DNA from: Octopus vulgaris
Taxonomy: Eukaryota
Direction of reading: 5' to 3'
Length of the DNA stretch: 64,000 bases
Assembly (NCBI GenBank): GCA_951406725.2
Contig: OX597821.1
Span: 100,316,001-100,380,000, forward strand
Shown here: positions 1 through 11,222 of the stretch, piece after piece
How positions within the stretch are numbered: the stretch's first letter is position 1
Layout: the number at the start of each line of letters is the position of its first letter
Notes under the pieces: model-generated
The model's input: only the letters and a program-made list of their open reading frames with translations
What the model was told of the DNA's origin: nothing
Database searches by the model: none
Program-made: the position numbers and the translations under genes

Positions 1-177
1 TATGTATATATGTATGTGTGTGTGTGTATATATTTATGTATATGTATGTATGCATGCATGTATGTATGTATGTATGCATGTATGTATGTATGCATGCATG
101 TATGCATGTATGTATGTATGTATGTATGTATGTATGTATGCATGCATGCATGCATGTATGTATGTATGTATGTATGA
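1..177. repeat. (TATG/TGCA)n compound microsatellite
   Basis: Directly visible tetranucleotide repeats; source of the spurious MYVC ORFs. Confidence 0.95.
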
Positions 178-395
178 ATCTTAGCACCTTCCTGAAGGAT
201 TATATGAAAGGAAAGATTTTCAAAAGCAGATATTACCGACATAGCTCTTCTTTCAGGAACACTGATAAATGAAATGCAACAAACTCGCTGATGCAGAGCT
301 TGGAATGAAGTAAGACACACATTTCCATCGCACGATATTCTGAAGCACATAAAAAAATTAGTGTGGTAGTTGCTGAGTATATTCGTTACAATTTT

Positions 396-802
396 TGTTG
401 TGTCAGTCATTAGATTGCGGCCATGCTCGAGTACCGCCTTTTGTCAAACAAATCGCCCCCAGGACTTATTATATCATTCCATTTTGCCGTAGCGCTAGGG
501 TTAGGGGATGTAGACACACCAACATCGATTGTCAACCGATGATAGCAAGATAGAAATAAATGCATACTTATATATATATGTGTGTGTTTGTGTGTGTGTG
601 CGTGTGTATGTGTGTGTGCGTGCGTGTGTGTGTGTGTACGACGGGCTTCTTTCAGTTTCCAACTACTAATTGCACTTGGGAGGCTTTGGTGGGCCCGAGG
701 TTATAGTAGAAGACATTTGCCCAAGGTGCCACGCAGTGAGACTGAACTCGGAACCTTGTGGTTGGGATGCAAGCTTCTTACCACACAGCCACTCCTGAGC
801 CT
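396..802 (-). mobile_element. tRNA-derived CORE-type SINE (family S1) with internal (TG)n/(TA)n
   Basis: Reverse strand has head GGAGTGGCTGTGTGGTAAG, B-box-like GAGTTCAGTC, core CCTTGGGCAAATGTCTT and tail GGCGGTACTCGAGCATGGCCGC; same layout as 3081-3436 and 4736-5153. Confidence 0.8.
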
Positions 803-1286
803 ATATATATTTTCAACGATTAACGCCCGGATTTTGCATTTGTTTGAAAAAACAAATCTTTGTAAAGAAATAATTTAGTTAAAATATACAAATTTTCAGC
901 ATCATCTCGTACTGACTTCTTTACTGTGATAGCGGTTTGCTAATCGCTTACTTAGTCTTTTCTAATGTTTATAATATATACTTAGAGATTCGTTGAAATG
1001 TTTCTCGAGGGATAATTTGTTTAAAATTGACTTGAGATATGGTCTGTTAAGTTGTTAACTTGAAACTTCATGCATGATTTGTGCATACATATGTGTTTGT
1101 ATGTGTGTATATATTATAATACGCCACATACGAACACAGCAAAATACCTCTCAAATCATCGTAATCGGAGTATAATCATGTAAGTTCTGTACGTTTAATT
1201 CTAGTTAGCTTCCATGCGTCCTGTCACCAATTTTTGTCGGTCAAGTAGAGTTAAACATAAAAAGACTGAGCCAGACAACGGTAGAA

Positions 1287-1420
1287 ATATTCTTTTCTAC
1301 TCTAGGCACAAGGCCCGAAATTTTGGGGGAGGGGGCCAGTCGATTAGATCGGCCTCAGTACGCAACTGGCACTTAATTTATCAACCCTGAAAGGATGAAT
1401 GGCAAAGTCGACCTCCAGCG
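1287..1420 (-). mobile_element. SINE family S2, 3' portion
   Basis: Reverse complement matches GTCGACTTTGCC..TCATCCTTTC..GATAAATTAAGT..CCTTGTGCCTAGAGTAGAAAAGAATATT of the full copy at 11002-11222. Confidence 0.8.
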
Positions 1421-2278
1421 GTAGAAATATTTATGGTTTTGTATCAATCGTGCTAACATACGTCCAGCTGTCAATACAACGACACTGTGAATATTACTTA
1501 AACTAACCAACGTAAAATAAGATTCTTAGGGGCAATAATTATCTGGTTATAAAACCGAACAATTGCATTTCAAATTATCTGAATTGACGCATAAGTGACA
1601 GAGGTTCTCAAAGTATAAGTGGTTATAAATAATTTAGATCTACAAAGTAGTTTTTAGTGAGACGCAGAACGTGAAGTATATTTTTTATACACTACATTAA
1701 AGCAAATATGGCGGCTACAACTTTTCGGCTTTATATTTATTTTCTTGAGCAAAATATTGTTTCTGCATGATTGCGCTTCGTATGCAAGGCCATCAAGCGA
1801 AATTTCTTGTAGCTTGTTCACATTTAACAGCCATTCACGCGGTTAAAATAAATAAAATTTAGTTGATTGAAGAAACGCGCCGAAAGAAACGGTACGTATA
1901 ACAATGGATTCATTTCTTTTCTTCCAGTTTTGGAATATCTTGTTAACTAATTATCAAGGAATCAGATTAACTCTGTGACATTGAGTTTCCCGTGAATGTA
2001 GCTTATCCTCATAGGGGGTTAATTTACAAAGGGTCTCAACGAACAGAAGAAATTATAAATAATTGAGCATATGACATGTCTCACAAGTGAAAAATAAATG
2101 AGAAAAGCAGATTCAATACAACTCATGAAAGATTTAGTGCAAACTTCAAGCTTAACGATTCTTCCCGCAACATTGTTTTGCATCTGCGCCTTTTTACATT
2201 GGTGAACAAACGAATGAACTTCATTCTGGTGACTGACAAATGGCAAAGGGCTACATGATTTTCAGGGGCAACATATTG

Positions 2279-2364
<86 letters not shown>

Positions 2365-3080
2365 TTCTACTTTTTATTCCAAGTTATCTAGCATTCTTGC
2401 ATGTGCATGGATTAATATAATTAATGCACTTTTTCTGATAGAAGAAGAATAGGACGTATATTTCTGCACACATACATACAAACATGCATACACACACATG
2501 CATATATCTATCTGTCTGTCTGTGTGTCTGTCTGTCTGTGTGTCTGTCTGTCTGTGTGTCTGTCTGTCTGTGTGTCTGTCTGTCTGTGTGTCTGTCTGTC
2601 TCTGTCTACCTTTTCCTCTCTTTCTCTATATGTGTGTGTGTGTGTTTTGCCGCTGCATAATTTAAATCAGTCACACCTTAGCAATTGCATCAGCGAAACG
2701 GTTAAGAATCGTGCTGCATATAATCATGACCAACAATTCTATAACATGCACAAAACTACCCAAATTTCCACTCAAATGTCCATATTCGATTTAGAAGAAT
2801 CCAGTTCCTCGAACACCAATGCTGTGAAAAATCTGTTTATAAACCCAAATGTGAAACACTGGACTGCATCGTGAAAACTGCTGTTTTGCTAATCACCAGT
2901 TTTATGGCGGATAACGAAGTGTCAGAAGAACCTAGAATCTATTTATTCCTTTGTTGGTTAAAAGCACAGAATATTCTGATATCTTTACATGATAATATTC
3001 TGAATTTCCGAAGCTGTGGTAGGTACAGATCCAATATCTCAAAAAATGTGACTCATCGCAGATTTGAATATCATTTTAAC

Positions 3081-3436
3081 AGGCACAGGGATGGTTGTGT
3101 GGTAAGTAGCTTGCTTACCGGGTTCAGTCCCGTTGTGTGGAACCCTGGGCAAGTGTCTTCTACTATATCCTCGGGCCGACCCATGCCTTGTGAGTGGATT
3201 TGGTAGGCGGAAACTGTATATGTGTGTGTGTGTCTGTGTTTGTCCCTCCCACCATCGCTTGACAACCGATGTTGGTGTGTTTATGTCTCCGTAACTTAGC
3301 GGTTCAGTAAAATACACCGATAGAATTAGTACTAGGCTTACAAAGAATAAGTCCTGGGGCCGATCTGTTCGACTAAAGGAGTTGCCCCAGCATAGCCGCA
3401 GTCAAATGACTGAAACAAATAAAAAAAGAAAAAGAG
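3081..3436 (+). mobile_element. CORE-type SINE S1
   Basis: A-box-like TGGTTGTGTGG, B-box-like GGTTCAGTCC, core CCTGGGCAAGTGTCTT, tail CCCCAGCATAGCCGCAGTCAAATGACTGAAAC. Confidence 0.85.
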
Positions 3437-3502
3437 AATTGTGCCTGTTGTAGTAACGATATTTGCATGTCTACCTTAAGGCAGAAACCTGGTAGCATCT
3501 TT

Positions 3503-3865
3503 ATCACGCCGAACGAAATGCTTAGCGGTATTTCATCCGCGGTATAAATTCTGCCGAGGTTGACTTTGCCTTTCATCCTTTCGGGGTCGATAAATTAAGT
3601 ACCAGTTACGCACTGGGGTCGATGTAATCGACTTGATACCTATGTCTGTCCTTGTTTGTCCTCTCTGTGTTTAGCCCCTTGTGGGTAATAAAGAAATAGG
3701 TATTTCATCCGTCCTTACGTTCTGAGTTAAAATTCTACCGGGGTCGATTTTACCTTTCATCCTTCCGGATTCGATAAAATAAGTATCGATTGAGCACTGG
3801 AATCGATCTAATCGGCTCATACCTAGCCCGAAATTGCTGGCAGGGTGTACAAATTTGAAACCAAT
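3503..3865 (+). mobile_element. Two adjacent partial S2 SINE copies
   Basis: Two occurrences of CCTTTCATCCTT..GATAAA..AAGTA with different 3' tails. Confidence 0.75.
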
Positions 3866-4044
3866 ATGTTTGAGTATCCTCAGTGTACACATGTTCTCTA
3901 CATTTTACAAGAATGATTTTATTCTCACTGGCTATTTACCTCCCTGGAACTCCAGTATCTGCTCATTTTCCAAAATATTTCAAGAATTAAATATTCTAAA
4001 GATTAGAAGATAATATATTATTATTCTCAATAATAGTTTCAAAC

Positions 4045-4250
4045 AGGGCGGCGAGCGGGCAGAATCGTTAGCACGCTGGGGAAAAATGTTTAGCGGCATT
4101 TCGTCCGTCTTTACGTTCTGAGTTCAAATTCCGCTGGGATCGACTTTTCGAGGTCGATGAAATAAGTACTAGTTGAGCCTTGGGGTCGTGCAATAGACTT
4201 AATACCTGACCCGAAATTGCAGGGCTTGTGCCAAAAAAAATTGAAACCAA
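4045..4250 (+). mobile_element. SINE S2
   Basis: GGCGGCGAGCGGGCAGAATCGTTAGCACG..GAGTTCAAATTCC (B-box-like)..CTTGTGCC. Confidence 0.8.
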
Positions 4251-4595
4251 CGTTAATTTCAAGTGAATTAAAGTAGTTTTTAGATGTACTTAATTCTCTT
4301 TTCTTATTTAACATATTTGAGTAAGAAATGCTTAAATTATGAAATATACTATGGAAATTGAACGCCAGTCAGCAATACAGTGCAATAGACGTCAGAGTGT
4401 TAAACATATATTGGGAAATAATTTCGTTTACAGGAAAAAAATCTTTTCTAGATAAATGCAATAGTATTTTAATAAATGAAAACAAACTTCCATTATCAAC
4501 ATTATCTGGGCCACACACATGTATATATGAACACATGTATATACATATGTATGTATTTATGTATGGATGCATGCATATGTATGTACGTATGTATA

Positions 4596-5153
<558 letters not shown>

Positions 5154-5552
5154 GTATATATATAAATTCACAAATACATTAAACCACACGATCACCCAGG
5201 TGCACACATATACTAAGAACTTCGTACTTCGTGGTCAGACATATCTACGCTTGTGTTTCTGTAAACATATTATCATTAGTATCTTTTATAGTCTGTCACC
5301 ACCTGCTATGCTAATCAATGCAGCTTCTTTTGGCATATATTTACAAAAGAGAAAGAAAACATAATCAGGCATATGACGTAAGCAAACAACAAACGTTAAG
5401 CCGTTGTAAAGAAAGTTGTAGCTGTAAAAGAAATTTACAATGTTTATCGAAAGAAAAAAACATGACTGATAAAATAGAAATTTCAAGAAAAATATTTCCG
5501 AGTCTATATGCCTCCTCTGTCTTCAAACGACACATCAAAATAATAATAATGC

Positions 5553-5591
<39 letters not shown>

Positions 5592-5617
5592 TAATAATAA
5601 TAATAATGATAATGATG

Positions 5618-5699
<82 letters not shown>

Positions 5700-5704
<5 letters not shown>

Positions 5705-7547
5705 TGTTTGATATAAAATGTTTGGTATAAAATGTTTGATAAAAATATAAATCATCTCGTTTACATGGATGATTTAAAGCTTTTTGCAAAAAATGATCAA
5801 CAACTCAAGGGCTTACTAGCGATAGTCAAACAATTCAGTGACGACATCAGAATGCAATTCGGCCTCGATAAATGTGCAAAGGCTACCTTTATCAAAGGAA
5901 AAATGACAGAAACATCTAACGTTAACCTTGACGAACAGAATGTCATAAAAGAACTAGACCCAGCGGAGAGCTACAAGTACCTAGGGATAATTGAAGGGAA
6001 CGGAATAAGGCATTCAGAGATGAAGGAAAGGATCAGGAGAGAATGCTATCGAAGAGTGAGAGCAATACTCAAGACAGAGCTGAATGCAAGAAACAGGATC
6101 GAAGCAATCAATGCATTAGCTATACCAGTCGTGACTTACAGTTTCAATATTGTTAACTGGTCAATTACTGAAATATGTCAGCTCGACAGAAAAATAAGGA
6201 AACTGTTGACAATGCATAGAATGCACCACCCTAAGGCAGATACAGAACGACTCTATCTGCCAAGAAAAGAGGGAGGCCGTGGTCTTTTGCAACTGGCAAT
6301 AACAATGAAGATTGCTACAATTGGCCTAGACACCTACCTGAAAAACTCTGAGGACTGGATGCTAAAACTTGTCTCAAAACATAAAAACAAGAAAGCATCA
6401 TACTCAGTCACAAAACAGGCAAAGGAATATCTAAGTGAATTCCGAATACAACCAATTTCGGAATTAGAGATAGATATACAAGAAACAAGCACAGAAAAAG
6501 CTAGGCGCATGAAAACCCGTGCCAAAACTGCGGCCTTAGATATTCTGAATAATAAATGGCAAGAAAAACCTCTCTATGGCAAATACCCAAAGAGAGCGAA
6601 TAATGCAGATATCGACAAAGCCCTGACCCATCAATGGCTAATGGCCTCTGGCTTAAAATCTGAAACAGAGGGGTTTATCATAGCAGCTCAAGATCAATGC
6701 CTACCAACAAGAAACTACCAGGCCAACATATTAAAGATCAGAAGCAGTCCAACGTGTCGTGTATGCAAGCAACAAAATGAAACCATTGACCATGTGGTCT
6801 CCAAGTGCAGTCTTCTAGCGCCTACAGAGTATCTCAACAGGCACGATAGAGCTGCACAATATATTCACTGGGTAATCTGTAAAAACCTGGATTTGCCCCA
6901 TGAAAAAAACTGGTGGGAACACAAACCACCCCCAGTGCTTGAAAATGACCACATCTCACTCCTCTGGAACTTCACCATTCAAACTGACAGGAAGATAGAT
7001 GCAAATAGGCCAGACATCATATTGAAAAACTTCAAACAAAGAACATGCCTCCTCATTGACATGACTGTCCCAATCGATATAAACGTATCTGTCAAGACCT
7101 ACCAAAAACTGAGCAAATATAAAGATCTTGAAATAGAAATCAGCAAAATGTGGAAGCTGAAGACTAAAACAATACCTGTTGTCATAGGTGCCCTGGGAAT
7201 GATAGCAAAAGGGGCTGATAGCTACCTAACTCAGATACCAGGAAACCCAAAAATGGCAGAAGTTCAAAAGATAGTGCTCATGGGAACTGCTCATATCCTA
7301 CGCAAAATACTCTCTATGTAATCTCAAGGTTTAAAACAAACATAATTTTCGGTTTAAAAAAAAAAAAAAAAAAAAAAAAACTTTTTTTTTTTTTTTTTAG
7401 ACATTCATTAGTACAACATCCCCACCCCCCAAATATATGGCACACTAGGCATAACAACAACATGAACTTCCAACCCTGTTGTCTCTTGAGGTCTCTGGGT
7501 GAGACTTGGAGCCAACTTGTACAAATATAAAGCAAAAGTCAAACATA

Positions 7548-7548
<1 letters not shown>
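5700..7548 (+). mobile_element. 5'-truncated R4/Dong-clade non-LTR retrotransposon (family A) inserted in (TAA)n
   Basis: (TAA)n on both sides; ORF with RT, CCHC and RLE motifs; ~230-nt 3' UTR ending in AATAAT. Confidence 0.92.
5732..7321 (+). CDS. C-terminal RT + CCHC zinc knuckle + restriction-like endonuclease (PD-D/ExK) of an R4/Dong element; N-terminally truncated
   Basis: HLVYMDDLKLF, FGLDKCA, YKYLG, RLYLPRKEGGRGL, CRVC..TIDHVVSKC, RHD, RPDII..DMTVP..KLSKY, IPVVIGALG; 529 codons without a stop. Confidence 0.9.
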   Translation: MFDKNINHLVYMDDLKLFAKNDQQLKGLLAIVKQFSDDIRMQFGLDKCAKATFIKGKMTETSNVNLDEQNVIKELDPAESYKYLGIIEGNGIRHSEMKERIRRECYRRVRAILKTELNARNRIEAINALAIPVVTYSFNIVNWSITEICQLDRKIRKLLTMHRMHHPKADTERLYLPRKEGGRGLLQLAITMKIATIGLDTYLKNSEDWMLKLVSKHKNKKASYSVTKQAKEYLSEFRIQPISELEIDIQETSTEKARRMKTRAKTAALDILNNKWQEKPLYGKYPKRANNADIDKALTHQWLMASGLKSETEGFIIAAQDQCLPTRNYQANILKIRSSPTCRVCKQQNETIDHVVSKCSLLAPTEYLNRHDRAAQYIHWVICKNLDLPHEKNWWEHKPPPVLENDHISLLWNFTIQTDRKIDANRPDIILKNFKQRTCLLIDMTVPIDINVSVKTYQKLSKYKDLEIEISKMWKLKTKTIPVVIGALGMIAKGADSYLTQIPGNPKMAEVQKIVLMGTAHILRKILSM

Positions 7549-7579
<31 letters not shown>

Positions 7580-7583
7580 TTAA

Positions 7584-8140
7584 ATGCCCTGATGCAGTAC
7601 CAGGCAGTGGCTCTCATGGCTTCTGATCTTAACTGATTGGAAGTGTTATCATGTACATTGTTTTGTCGTGGTATAAAAGATGGGCTACAGCAAATATTCT
7701 GCTCAATACCACAGATTTGCTTATCAGTTGTTTGACCTTAACCAGTTGACCATGTCCCTTAGTGGCTGACGATATGTGCATCTCTGATCACGAGCAGAAG
7801 TAGTGGGGGAGCATCATAGCCATGTGTTGAGAGGGATTCTTTGGGGTTTGAATAATTCACCTCTGGAAACATGGGTGGTTCTTTCAACATCCTTAAACAA
7901 CCCTTATTCAGGGACCGTTTGAGCGGGATGGGCTACTCAACCTGAAGAAAATTCTAACTGGGCCCCAACCTGCAAGGTCATGTGCTGTTTATCTTGATAT
8001 GAGATCACCATGTCGCGCACATATGGTTGTGATGCATGTGCCTGGTGTACCCTTATCAGACGGGTAGTCATGATGGGTATATTGGGCTTCGTATATTTTA
8101 CCCCAGTGTCACTTTGATGGCATGCACTGCTCTTTCACTC
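7584..8140 (+). mobile_element. ~557-bp non-coding (TAA)n-inserted element, copy 1
   Basis: ATGCCCTGATGCAGTACC...CACTC between (TAA)n tracts; 7 similar copies in the window. Confidence 0.85.
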
Positions 8141-8183
8141 AATAATAATAATAATGATAATGATGATGATGATGATGATGATG

Positions 8184-8253
<70 letters not shown>

Positions 8254-8599
8254 TGATGATGATGATGGTAGTTGGAGTATTGCGTATGATAAAGACGAGT
8301 ATGAACAAAAACGTAGAAGCTATATCTGGAAAGCTCAACACTACAAACTATGCAAAATATAGCCCTGCTAGAAAAAAGCCTACATCCTATGCAAGATGCT
8401 ATCAATTCAATAGTATAACTCAAATAAAACAGCCCACAAACATAAGGCATACTCCATACAGTAAATACACAATAAAATAAATACAGGACGGATACCCAAC
8501 GGAAGAACACAACACGCATTACACATACAACACAATACAAACATTATGCATGTACCTGGTGTACTCTTATCAGACGGGTAGTTGTAATAATAATAATAA

Positions 8600-9155
8600 A
8601 TGCCCTGATGCAGTACCAGGCAGTGGCTCTCATGGCTTCTGATCTTAACTGATTGGAAGTGTTATCATGTACATTGTTTTGTCTTGGTATAAAAGATGGG
8701 CTACAGCAAATATTCTGATCAATACCACAGATTTGCTTGTCAGTTGTTTGACCTTAACCGGTTGATCATGTCCCTTAGTGGCTGACGATATGTGCATCTC
8801 TGATCACGAGCAGAAGTAGTGGGGGAGCATCATAACCATGTGTTGAGAGGGATTCTTTGGAGTTTGAATAGTTCACCTTTGGAAACATGGGTTGTTCTTT
8901 CAACATCCTTAAACAACCCTTATTCAGGGACCGTTTGAGCGGGATGGGCTACTCAACCTGAAGAAAATTCTAACTGGGCCCCACCTGCAAGGTCATGTAC
9001 TGTTTATCTTGATATGAGATCACCATGTCGCGCACATATGGTTGTGATGCATGTGCCTGGTGTACCCTTATCAGACGGGTAGTCATGATGGGTATATTGG
9101 GCTTCGTATATTTTACCCCAGTGTCACTTTGATGGCATGAACTGCTCTCTCACTC
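8600..9155 (+). mobile_element. ~557-bp (TAA)n-inserted element, copy 2
   Basis: Near-identical to 7584-8140 with the same termini. Confidence 0.85.
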
Positions 9156-9191
9156 AATAATAATAATAATAATGATGATGATGACGACGAC

Positions 9192-9245
<54 letters not shown>

Positions 9246-9252
9246 GATGATG

Positions 9253-9285
<33 letters not shown>

Positions 9286-9305
9286 TTAATAATAATGATA
9301 ATAAT

Positions 9306-9365
<60 letters not shown>

Positions 9366-9367
<2 letters not shown>

Positions 9368-9700
9368 AGGAGGAAGAGAGACAAAATATACAATCCCTTA
9401 AAATTTAAAAAAGGAAAAATTCGGAGCATGCGAACAGCAAAGGTTGTGCCTATAACAATTGGTGTGTTGGGAGCAGTAAGCCAAAGAAAAGACAAATTGC
9501 TGAAGGAGATTGAAATAGAATGTCTGGTAGAGCTCCTACAGAAACTTTGTTTCTTGGGGACAGCAAGGATTAACAGGAAGGTTCTAAGCACCTCAAAGAC
9601 AGCTGAAAATTTGTGAATACCTAAGGTTACAGGTCGTAACCCGGTATCCACATGATTTCTACCAGGAATAACACCAAACCTGAGCCAAATCAAAATAATA
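9366..9700 (+). mobile_element. 3' fragment of R4/Dong-type element (family C)
   Basis: VVPITIGVLG..LQKLCFLGTARINRKVL is the RLE-element C-terminus; followed by a 3' UTR and AATAATAAT. Confidence 0.75.
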
Positions 9701-9702
9701 AT

Positions 9703-10580
9703 GATCGTGTCGTCGATTAAACCAGCAACCCCACTAAAATTGCTTCTCTGCGGGAAGAACAACAAGATCTGTCAGAGGATGGAGGAATTCATGAATGTCT
9801 ACGGCCATTCAACAATGTATAAATGAAGGTTGATCTGAACTCTCACAGCATTAGTTGGTAACCCACATAGTGATGGTGTCAATAAAAATATTCTTGATTG
9901 TATAACATTATAAATGCTATCTTAAAATGAGTGAAAAAGTCAGATTCAAATAGTCATAATCAGTGACCCCGCACTGTCGACAGTGAAGACGTCGCACAAG
10001 GTAAGCATAAAGTGTTTGAGCAAATTCCGACAGGTCGTTATCAAGCCATTGAGTAGGATCAGGATCGAAGTTAAAATTGCAGTGGCAGAAAAATGAAGTG
10101 GAAAAAAGAGGTGTACAAGATTATGATTGAATCTTGTCTGAGAAGTGAGCTGAAGAAAAGATGATTTCATGAAACGGAGGAAGAGGATATGGGATTAAAA
10201 GGGTGTCTTTAAAGCTCCTGCCTAACGATTGATAGATTAGGCAAGGGCAATTTGTATAGTGATTGGATTACAGGATTAGAAGTTGAATAAATATAAAGAA
10301 TGGGAAATGAAGGAAGAGTGTGAAGAAACAGTAGTAGAAAATGGTAATCAAAGGGTCAGAAATAAAGAAAATCCCTAGGTACCTGAGAATGGTAATGAAG
10401 TACATAGTGAAAGATATAAAGTGAGACGAGTGACAGTAAATGCTGAACAAGGCTTGAAGGATGAAGTCAGTATTCTAGAAATTCTGTTCGGTAAAATGTT
10501 TCGTGTAAACAATGAAATACCACCAAGTGTTAGGTACGTGGACAGAAGAAAAGTAAGGGGAGCTACAAGCATAGTAAGCT
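9703..10580 (+). pseudogene. Degenerate 5' region and N-terminal ORF of an R4/Dong-type element
   Basis: From ~10088 reads RKMKWKKEVYKIMIESCLRS../MKRRKRIWD*KGVF..*RLID*ARAI../WITGLEVE*I, resembling the R4/Dong N-terminal block; many stops and frameshifts. Confidence 0.6.
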
Positions 10581-11001
10581 GCGCTTAATAAATATAATCG
10601 TTTGGGCTAGAGCAAGTGAAAACAATGCATTTAAGGCGTTGTTATGGATTGGAAAATCTATAAGACGTACACATTCGGTGAGCCAGTCGCTTCCAGAGAC
10701 CAGCTTTGATGCCTAGGCAACTTATTGATCACAGTTATCTTATTGGTGCTCTTAGGATTGGGAATGGTTTGAAACTCTCAATTCCTTCTCCATCTTCGAG
10801 ACAATAAGACAACGTCAGTTTTCGGGGCAGGTAATACTTTTTTAAGTATCAATGTGCTCAGAAGGAGTTTGAGCAACTTCTGTCACAGAAGGTTTCTGTC
10901 TTTCATGTTGTAAATCATGCAATAATAATTAATTATGAAATATAATAAGTTATTCTTTTGGACATGGGACTTAAAGAAATGTTTTAAGTTATTTTTTAGG
11001 T

Positions 11002-11222
11002 AAGGCGGCGAGCTGGCAGAAACGTTAGCACGTTGGGTGAAATGCTTAGCGGTACTTTGTCTGTCTTTACGTTCTGAGTTCAAAATACGCCGAGGTCGAC
11101 TTTGTCTTTCAACCTTTCTGAGTCGATAAATTAAGCGCCAGTTGTGTACTGGGGTCGAGCTAATCGACTGGCCCCGCTGCCCCAAAATTTCGGGCCTTGT
11201 GCCTAGAGTAGAAAAGAATATT
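11002..11222 (+). mobile_element. SINE S2, full length (tRNA-like head, MetaSINE-like central block)
   Basis: GGCGGCGAGCTGGCAGAAACGTTAGC head, GAGTTCAAA B-box-like, GTCGATAAATTAAG core, tail CCTTGTGCCTAGAGTAGAAAAGAATATT. Confidence 0.85.

Noticed and set aside
7355-7398. A25-C-T17 hairpin resembling a terminator in the Dong-A 3' UTR
   Set aside because: The A-run is absent from the second copy (~24625-24650); likely homopolymer expansion or sequencing artefact, and the context is eukaryotic.
7584-7700. HDV-like or hammerhead ribozyme at the 5' end of the 557-bp element
   Set aside because: CUGAUGC is not CUGANGA, and I could not build the HDV P1-P4 pairings by eye.
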